A DNA stretch of 24,000 nucleotides from Bergeyella porcorum (GTDB taxonomy: Bacteria > Bacteroidota > Bacteroidia > Flavobacteriales > Weeksellaceae). Position numbers and translations under genes: made by a program. The stretch lies in NCBI RefSeq assembly GCF_042427575.1, contig NZ_JBHMFD010000007.1:44647-68646 (forward strand). The letters run 5' to 3'. Below are positions 18,237-24,000 of the stretch, in pieces (the first letter of the stretch is position 1; each line of letters starts with the position of its first letter). Below the pieces are notes generated by a model. It did not search any database, had not been told where the DNA came from, and was given only the letters and a program-made list of their open reading frames with translations.

Positions 18237-18285
18237 AAATCAAGATAAACAACCCATTTTACTAACATATAAAAAAAATAAAACA

Positions 18286-19152
18286 ATGAATAATAAAGTC
18301 ATAGAAAGAGTCATACGCCCTGCAATGCCACACTTTGTAGGAGACGGTTTTAGAGTACACAATTTTATCCCAGGAATCAGCTCTATGGAACGCAATAGTC
18401 CTTTCATTATGCTAGATTACAACTCCAAGTACACTTTCCCACCAAGTCAAATTCCGAAAGGGGTAGGCGTACATCCGCATAAAGGTTTTGAAACCGTTAC
18501 CATCGCTTACAAAGGGCGAGTGGAGCACGGCGATAGCTCTGGCGGTGGTGGCGTTATCGGTGAGGGTGATGTACAATGGATGACGGCTGGCAATGGGGTT
18601 CTTCACAAAGAGTTTCACGAAACCGAATGGAGCAAAAACGGTGGCGAGTTCCAAATGGTACAGCTATGGGTAAACCTTCCAGCAAAGGATAAAAGTACAC
18701 CTGCTAAGTATCAATCCATCAAAAACCAAGACATTCCACGCATTGCGGTGGCAGAGGGCAAAGGCGAGATGGAAATCATTGCAGGAGATTTTAACGGAAC
18801 CCAAGGAGCGGCTTCTACCTTTACGCCTATCCACCTTTTTAATCTCAATTTGAGCAAAGATGCCAGCACAGCGGTAGATTTCCCAGCCCATTACAACACT
18901 TCTCTATTGGTGATAGAAGGTACCATCACAGCCAATGGCGAAGCGGTGCCAACCGACCATTTCGTATTGTTTAAAAACGAAGGAGAAACCATAGAAATCA
19001 CCGCTACCGAAGATGCGAAAGTATTGCTTTTAAGCGGGGAACCTATAAACGAACCTATTGCGGCTTATGGCCCGTTTGTGATGAATACCCGCGATGAATT
19101 AATTCAAGCGTTTGAAGATTTCAACAACGGAAAATTCGGACATTTAGAATAA
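18286..19152 (+). CDS. pirin family protein
   Basis: GVGVHPHKGFETVTIAYKGRVEHGDSSGGGGVIGEGDVQWMTAGNGVLHKEFHE, classic pirin cupin metal-site pattern. Confidence 0.94.
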   Translation: MNNKVIERVIRPAMPHFVGDGFRVHNFIPGISSMERNSPFIMLDYNSKYTFPPSQIPKGVGVHPHKGFETVTIAYKGRVEHGDSSGGGGVIGEGDVQWMTAGNGVLHKEFHETEWSKNGGEFQMVQLWVNLPAKDKSTPAKYQSIKNQDIPRIAVAEGKGEMEIIAGDFNGTQGAASTFTPIHLFNLNLSKDASTAVDFPAHYNTSLLVIEGTITANGEAVPTDHFVLFKNEGETIEITATEDAKVLLLSGEPINEPIAAYGPFVMNTRDELIQAFEDFNNGKFGHLE

Positions 19153-19203
19153 AATTCACCGAAACCATTCCCCCTTTGAAGGGAAAAGAAGATGTTTTAA
19201 ACC

Positions 19204-19242
19204 AAAACGCCATTCACTTCAGCAGTGAATGGCGTTTTTTTT
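19204..19242 (+). terminator. strong Rho-independent terminator after pirin gene
   Basis: Perfect 14-bp stem AAAACGCCATTCAC / GTGAATGGCGTTTT, 7-nt loop, T8 tract. Confidence 0.92.
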
Positions 19243-19278
19243 CAATTTCAATCGTTTAAGTAAACTCGCAGACAACCT

Positions 19279-19345
19279 CTCCCCCTCTAACTTCTAACCT
19301 CTAACCTCTACCTTCTAACTTCAAACCTCTAATCTTTAATCCTCA
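19279..19345. repeat. degenerate pyrimidine-rich ~7-bp tandem repeat
   Basis: cctctccccctctaacttctaacctctaacctctaccttctaacttcaaacctctaatctttaatcc; units close to TCTAACC. Overlaps the pncB stop codon. Confidence 0.6.
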
Positions 19346-20507
19346 AAAACGCTTTAGCAAGTTCTATCATTTTCGGTTCACCAGTATATTTACCGCGTTC
19401 ATCCGAGAGCTTTACCGTTGGTATCCAATCACCGTTATTAGCTTGTACGCCTATGAGTTTCATCACAATGTTCATTGGTTTCAGTCCCACATCATTGGTC
19501 AGGTTGGTTCCGATACCGAAGGACAGCCCAATCTTCCCTTTGCAATAGTTGTAGATTTCTTCCACTTTTTCCAGATTGAGTCCATCGGAGAAGATGATGT
19601 ATTTGAACAGCGGATTGATGCCGTGTTTTTCATAGTGGGCAATGGTTTTATCTGCAAAGTCTAGTGGGTCGCCACTATCGTGTCTTACGCCATCAAAGAG
19701 CTTGGCAAATTTTTTATCAAATTGCTGGAAGAACACCTCCGTAGTATAAGTATCTGAAAGAGCAACACCCAAATCGCCACGATAGACATCTACCCAATGC
19801 TCTAAGGCGAGTTCATTAGCCATCTTAAAACCATATTCTGCAGCGTGGAACATAAACCACTCGTGGGCGTGGGTGCCGATGGGTTTAATACCGTATTTAT
19901 GGGCAAAATGCACATTAGAAGTCCCTATGAATTTGGAATTATTGTTTTTCAGTAGTGCTTCCACTACCAAATCGTGCACCTTGTAGGAGTGTCTTCTTCG
20001 GGTTCCAAACTCGGCAAAGTTTACGCCCAACTGACTGAGTTTTTCGGCTTTGTTTAGTGTATTTTGGATGACAGCTTCATTGGAGTTTCGTTCCAGATGG
20101 TTCATCTCATAATGCAATTCCGAAATCAAAGCCAAAAGTGGCACTTCCCAAAGGATGGTACGGTACCATAGCCCCTCTACAGACACCTCTATATCGTTTT
20201 CCGTTTGGGTAATCTTCACCTCATCGGGATTGTAGCGGTAGCCTTCCAAGAAATCTATATAGGGCAAATCTAGATAAGGGCAGGTTTCTTGTAAGAATTG
20301 TTTTTCGGCTTTGGTAAGCTGTAAATCTGCCATTTTATCCACACATTTGCGGAGCATCTCTGCAAAACCTTCGGGGAAGAAATGTTTTCCTCGGTTGATG
20401 AACTGATACTTTACTTTCTCATTAGGGAACAATTTCACTACGGCACATTGCATCGTGAATTTATAGAAATCATTGTCTAGGATAGACTTAAACTGCACTA
20501 TTGGCAT
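19329..20507 (-). CDS. pncB: nicotinate phosphoribosyltransferase
   Basis: Reverse-complement translation from CAT at 20505-20507 gives MPIVQFKSILDNDFYKFTMQCAVVKLFP..., FAEFGTRRRHSYKVHDLVVEAL, GVRHDSGDPLDF, IIFSDGLN. Confidence 0.95.
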   Translation of the reverse strand: MPIVQFKSILDNDFYKFTMQCAVVKLFPNEKVKYQFINRGKHFFPEGFAEMLRKCVDKMADLQLTKAEKQFLQETCPYLDLPYIDFLEGYRYNPDEVKITQTENDIEVSVEGLWYRTILWEVPLLALISELHYEMNHLERNSNEAVIQNTLNKAEKLSQLGVNFAEFGTRRRHSYKVHDLVVEALLKNNNSKFIGTSNVHFAHKYGIKPIGTHAHEWFMFHAAEYGFKMANELALEHWVDVYRGDLGVALSDTYTTEVFFQQFDKKFAKLFDGVRHDSGDPLDFADKTIAHYEKHGINPLFKYIIFSDGLNLEKVEEIYNYCKGKIGLSFGIGTNLTNDVGLKPMNIVMKLIGVQANNGDWIPTVKLSDERGKYTGEPKMIELAKAFLRIKD

Positions 20508-20540
20508 ATTTTCAAAATTTTAATGAAAGCAAATGTAAGA

Positions 20541-20577
20541 ATAAAAACAACAATTGCCCCAATAAATTGAGGCAATT
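20541..20577 (-). terminator. Rho-independent terminator of dps transcript
   Basis: On the minus strand AATTGCCTCAA / TTGGGGCAATT (one wobble), followed by GTTGTTTTTAT. Confidence 0.65.
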
Positions 20578-20607
20578 TGCAGTAATTAAAATATTGATAG
20601 AAACTTA

Positions 20608-21084
20608 TTATTTCCCGAGGTAGGCGTTGTACATCCAGACTTCTTTTTCTTGCTCTGTGATGTAGTCTCCCATTTGGGAGTTGGTAGCCTCATCACCCGC
20701 TTCACCTGCTATTTCTAAGATTTCTCTTTGCAGGTTAATCACCGTTTTGAAAGCTTCCAAAATCTGCTCTACGCATTTGGTAGCATCGCTCACCTCTTGG
20801 CTTTCTTGGATGATAGATACCTTGAGGTAATCCGAGTAATTATGGCAAGGCGTAGCACCCAGCGTAAGGATACGCTCTGCAATTTCATCTATTTTCAAAA
20901 CCAAAGAATCATAAAGCTCTTCAAATTTTGGGTGAAGGGTAAAAAATTGCTCCCCTTTGATGTTCCAATGAGCCCCTCTGGTATTTTGGTAAAACACCGA
21001 GTAGTTGGCTAAAAGTACATTTAGCTTTTCAGCGATAAGTTTAGAGCTTTCCTCCTGAAGCCCTAGTATCTGTGTATTTTTCAT
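20608..21084 (-). CDS. dps: Dps/ferritin-like DNA-binding protein
   Basis: MKNTQILGLQEESSKLIAEKLNVLLANYSVFYQNTRGAHWNIKGEQFFTLHPKFEELYDSLVLKIDEIAERILTLG, Dps ferroxidase motif. Internal ATG 21084 preferred over track 21156 because the promoter element lies between them. Confidence 0.93.
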   Translation of the reverse strand: MKNTQILGLQEESSKLIAEKLNVLLANYSVFYQNTRGAHWNIKGEQFFTLHPKFEELYDSLVLKIDEIAERILTLGATPCHNYSDYLKVSIIQESQEVSDATKCVEQILEAFKTVINLQREILEIAGEAGDEATNSQMGDYITEQEKEVWMYNAYLGK

Positions 21085-21101
21085 ATCGTTTAATTTTAAT
21101 G

Positions 21102-21109
21102 CAAAGATA
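21102..21109 (-). promoter_or_regulatory. -7 element for dps
   Basis: CAAAGATA on + = TATCTTTG on -, 17 bp upstream of the dps ATG; TTG upstream at a slightly short spacing. Confidence 0.55.
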
Positions 21110-21252
21110 GAAAGTCCCTCACCAACCCATCTTACATTTTTGATAGAAATAAACAATAAGGCAATGAGGATTTTTAGATGAAGTGTAATGTTATTCTGTT
21201 TAGGAAAAGTTGTTTATTCCAAAGTAAACGAAAAAGGCAGAAGAAAGTATAG

Positions 21253-21290
21253 AAAACCTTATCATCATTGAGATTGATAAGGTTTTTTTA
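21253..21290 (+). terminator. orphan terminator-like hairpin
   Basis: Perfect 12-bp stem AAAACCTTATCA / TGATAAGGTTTT, 10-nt loop, followed by TTT. It lies between divergent genes. Confidence 0.7.
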
Positions 21291-21309
21291 ATATCTCCCC
21301 AAAAAACTA

Positions 21310-21317
21310 TAAATTTG
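21310..21317 (+). promoter_or_regulatory. -7 element for the HU-CCDC81-like gene
   Basis: TAAATTTG matches TAnnTTTG, only 5 bp before GTG 21323. Confidence 0.5.
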
Positions 21318-21322
21318 CCGAT

Positions 21323-22105
21323 GTGAATACCGAACAATTAATACTAAAATACTTACTACGCAAAGGCTTAGTGGAAGTTGCTGGGTTTGGCATTTTCTCG
21401 TTAGAAAATGCGGAAGCTCAGTTGGATGAGGCGTCTGGTAAAATCTTACCTCCATCGCAGAAAATCACCTTCCATAGCGATTATCATACGGCAGATGGGG
21501 GCTTTATCCCTTGGCTTGCAAAGGAACAAAACACCTCTGTAGAAAAGGCTCAGCAAGAGCTTCTCAGCTACACCAATTTTTGGAAAACTTCTTTGGAGCA
21601 AGGCAACAACGTCCTACTGAAAGGCATTGGTACAATGACCATTGTGGAAGACCAGCTAACTTTTCAAGGGGAAAGAATCTATACCGAAAATTCTGATTTC
21701 TATGGCTTGGAAGAAATTAATCTTCAGGAGCTGAAAAAGAAAACCTATCTAGGTGGAGATTATCGCTTAAACCGTTCCATCCTTTGGTGGTTTCTCATCT
21801 TGCTTCCTACTGCGGGGCTACTTGTGTTAGCCTTCACACAGCGGGAGAGGTTATTCGGGAAAGCATCTTTTGCTGAGGTTTCTGTGAAGACATCCACCCA
21901 CCGCATCACGGTAGATTCTGCGAAAATAAAGGCAGAGCAAGAAGTCTTGAAACAAGACAGCATCAGGCGAGATAGCATTCTACAAGATTCCATCCGCCAA
22001 TCGGGGTTACCTGTGGTGGCAACCTCTAATCCTAAAAAAACTTCCAAATTTTATAAAAAAACGCAATGGAAAAACTCAAAAAAGCGAGCGAATCGCTCAC
22101 GATAA
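21323..22105 (+). CDS. HU-CCDC81-like domain protein with one transmembrane helix
   Basis: GTG start; two HU-like segments (LILKYLLRKGLVEVAGFGIFSLENAEAQLDEASGKILPPSQKITFHSDY... ELLSYTNFWKTSLEQGNNVLLKGIGTMTIVEDQLTF), then TM ILWWFLILLPTAGLLVLAF and a charged tail. Confidence 0.78.
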   Translation: MNTEQLILKYLLRKGLVEVAGFGIFSLENAEAQLDEASGKILPPSQKITFHSDYHTADGGFIPWLAKEQNTSVEKAQQELLSYTNFWKTSLEQGNNVLLKGIGTMTIVEDQLTFQGERIYTENSDFYGLEEINLQELKKKTYLGGDYRLNRSILWWFLILLPTAGLLVLAFTQRERLFGKASFAEVSVKTSTHRITVDSAKIKAEQEVLKQDSIRRDSILQDSIRQSGLPVVATSNPKKTSKFYKKTQWKNSKKRANRSR

Positions 22106-22581
22106 TGACCAATATTGTTCTCCCAAACGAAACCAACTCTCTGAGGAATCTCTTTGGGGGAGAATTGCTGGCGAAAATGGACCGCTGTGCGGCTATTGCT
22201 GCGGCAAGACACTGTGCCAGAAGGGTGGTAACCGCATCGGTGAATCACGTATCGTTTAATCATCCCATTCCCGAAGGAGGGATTGTGGTTTTGGAAGCCA
22301 AAGTATCTAGAGCTTTTTCCACTTCTATGGAAATCTATGTAGATGTATGGCTAGACGACCCTATTGCCAATAAAAAAATCCATACCAACGAAGGGATTTA
22401 CACCTTTGTTGCCGTAGATGAGTACAATAAGCCTGTGCCTATTCCACAAATGGAACCCGAAACCGATTTGGAAAAAGAACGCTATGCCGCTGCATTCAGA
22501 CGCCGAGAGCTTTCCCTTATCTTATCAGGAAGAATGAAACCTAAGGATTCTGTGGAACTGAAAAAACTGTTTCAGGATTAA
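22066..22581 (+). CDS. acyl-CoA thioesterase (hotdog fold)
   Basis: SLTIMTNIVLPNETNSLRNLFGGELLAKMDRCAAIAAARHCARRVVTASVNHVSFNHPIPEGGIVVLEAKV; 40-nt overlap with the upstream gene. Confidence 0.92.
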   Translation: MEKLKKASESLTIMTNIVLPNETNSLRNLFGGELLAKMDRCAAIAAARHCARRVVTASVNHVSFNHPIPEGGIVVLEAKVSRAFSTSMEIYVDVWLDDPIANKKIHTNEGIYTFVAVDEYNKPVPIPQMEPETDLEKERYAAAFRRRELSLILSGRMKPKDSVELKKLFQD

Positions 22582-22677
22582 ATAACCTTTACTCAATAGA
22601 TTAACTTCGGTTGGGCTTTTTGTTTTTTCAATGAATAAAATGCTGTTACCGAAGTTTTTTCGTTAAAGACACTACCA

Positions 22678-23616
22678 ATGAAAGTTTTATTATTAGATAA
22701 AAATCACCCGCTCATCACAGAACAACTATCGGCAAAAGGGTGGGTTTTAGAGGAAGATTATCAATCTTCTTATGACCAAGTTTTGGAGAAAATCCACCTC
22801 TATGATGGTATGATTATTCGCAGTAGAATCCCCATTGACAAAAACTTTCTTCAGCACGCTAAGAATCTGAAATTCATAGCCCGCGTAGGAGCAGGAATGG
22901 AAAATATAGACACCACAACTGCCAGAGCATTGGGCATTGCCCTTATCAATTCGCCTGAAGGCAACCGAGATGCCGTAGCAGAGCAAGTGGTAGGAATGCT
23001 ATTGGTCTTAACCAACCGATTGTTCATTGCATCGCAAGAGGTGAAAAATGGCATTTGGAAAAGAGAAGAAAACCGCGGAATGGAATTGCTGGGAAAAACC
23101 TTCGGGATTATTGGCTATGGTAATATGGGCAAGGCAACTGCTAAACGGCTTTCTGGGTTTGGGATGAAGGTGATATTCTATGATATTCTCCCCGATTTGG
23201 AAGACGCGTATGCAAAACAAGTTTCTTTACAGGAACTTCAAAACGAGTCAGATATTATAAGTTTGCACATCCCAGAAACCCCTGATACCTATCACTTGGT
23301 GGATGAGCATTTCATTGCTCAAATGAAAAAGCCATTTTACCTCATCAATACCGCTCGAGGGAAAAATGTAAAAACGAAAAGCTTAGTTGAGGGCATTCAA
23401 TCGGGGAAAATCAAAGGTGCGGCTTTAGATGTTTTAGAATTTGAAAAAGCTTCTTTTGAGCAATTAGAAACCCAAAATACCGATTTGCAATTTCTTTTAA
23501 ATTCGGATAAAGTCCTCATTACGCCACACATTGCAGGATGGACACACGAAAGCAAAACCAAACTTGCCCAAGTGATTGTGGATAAGATATTGGAAACTTT
23601 TGAACTAAGAGATTAA
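22678..23616 (+). CDS. D-2-hydroxyacid dehydrogenase / phosphoglycerate dehydrogenase-like protein
   Basis: IIRSRIPIDKNFLQHAKNLKFIARVGAGMENIDTTTARALGIALINSPEGNRDAVAEQVVGMLL, NAD-binding GKTFGIIGYGNMGKATAKRLSGFGMKVIFYD, catalytic HIPETPDTYHLV. Confidence 0.92.
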   Translation: MKVLLLDKNHPLITEQLSAKGWVLEEDYQSSYDQVLEKIHLYDGMIIRSRIPIDKNFLQHAKNLKFIARVGAGMENIDTTTARALGIALINSPEGNRDAVAEQVVGMLLVLTNRLFIASQEVKNGIWKREENRGMELLGKTFGIIGYGNMGKATAKRLSGFGMKVIFYDILPDLEDAYAKQVSLQELQNESDIISLHIPETPDTYHLVDEHFIAQMKKPFYLINTARGKNVKTKSLVEGIQSGKIKGAALDVLEFEKASFEQLETQNTDLQFLLNSDKVLITPHIAGWTHESKTKLAQVIVDKILETFELRD

Positions 23617-23664
23617 AAAAGTAGAGAGAAAGTGTCTGTTTCGTTAAAATTAAAATTCTAGAAA

Positions 23665-24000
23665 ATGAAAATCCATTTACAGCCATTGCTTATACTATTA
23701 TTGGGACTAAGTCTTTTTTCGTGCCAAAAGGGATTGGGTACAGAGAACGGCGAAGCAACATCGCTACCCAATTTTTCTAATGTAGAGATAGATGATGTTT
23801 TTAGCAGAAGAGATGGCAAGATGCAAGATAGAGATTCTGTAGTAGAAATCATAGACCAATACTACGAAACCGTCTGGGAACAGGGCGACCTATGGGGTGG
23901 TGTGCTGATAGCGAAAGGTGATAAAATTTTATTTGAAAAATACCGAGGCTTCTCTCAAGATAATGCACAAGCACCCGTGGATAAAACGACAGCTTTGCAT
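23665..24000 (+). CDS. serine hydrolase (beta-lactamase/D-Ala-D-Ala carboxypeptidase-like) lipoprotein, truncated at the right window edge
   Basis: MKIHLQPLLILLLGLSLFSCQKG (lipobox LFSC) ... YETVWEQGDLWGGVLIAKGDKILFEKYRGFSQDNAQAPVDKTTALH, the N-terminal strand pattern of beta-lactamase-family hydrolases. Open to the edge, so absent from the ORF track. Confidence 0.82.
   Translation, partial: MKIHLQPLLILLLGLSLFSCQKGLGTENGEATSLPNFSNVEIDDVFSRRDGKMQDRDSVVEIIDQYYETVWEQGDLWGGVLIAKGDKILFEKYRGFSQDNAQAPVDKTTALH

Noticed and set aside
19279-19345. Considered as a CRISPR-like array
   Set aside because: Units are about 7 bp, degenerate and without spacers; no cas genes nearby.
22605-22640. Possible terminator between thioesterase and dehydrogenase (AAC-TTCG-GTT then T-rich)
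   Set aside because: Stem is only about 3 Watson-Crick pairs plus wobbles; too weak to call as a feature by eye.
1-24000. Search for a defence system, prophage, transposon, toxin-antitoxin pair, biosynthetic cluster, tRNA or rRNA
   Set aside because: No nuclease, methyltransferase (other than TrmB), integrase, transposase, RT, NRPS/PKS or recognisable RNA gene sequence was seen. The gene content is mainly housekeeping plus surface glycan and secreted proteins.

Overview
This 24 kb window looks like ordinary core chromosome from a Flavobacteriia/Weeksellaceae-type Bacteroidota genome (Chryseobacterium/Riemerella-like, by inference). The evidence is low GC, many TAnnTTTG-type -7 promoter elements, a GLPGLI protein and a T9SS/gliding-motility C-terminal domain. 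Confidently recognised genes are a GLPGLI-family protein (truncated at the left edge), DUF177/YceD-rpmF, accB-accC, rocD, gltX, accA, tsf, a large T9SS-sorted adhesin-like protein, trmB, a YjdI-like Fe-S protein, pirin, pncB, dps, an HU-CCDC81-like protein, an acyl-CoA thioesterase, a D-2-hydroxyacid dehydrogenase and a serine hydrolase lipoprotein (truncated at the right edge). A three-gene glycan cluster (GT4, GT2 and a poorly characterised RfaS-like protein) lies between rocD and gltX. I saw no rRNA, tRNA, CRISPR array, transposase, phage or defence system, and no convincing new multi-gene system. The best leads are small-scale: a perfect 10-bp inverted repeat over a promoter element, an orphan terminator with a 24-aa ORF in the dps/HU-CCDC81 intergenic region, apparently leaderless promoter-to-start architectures, a tsf gene without adjacent rpsB, two possible gene remnants, and repeat-rich intergenic sequence.
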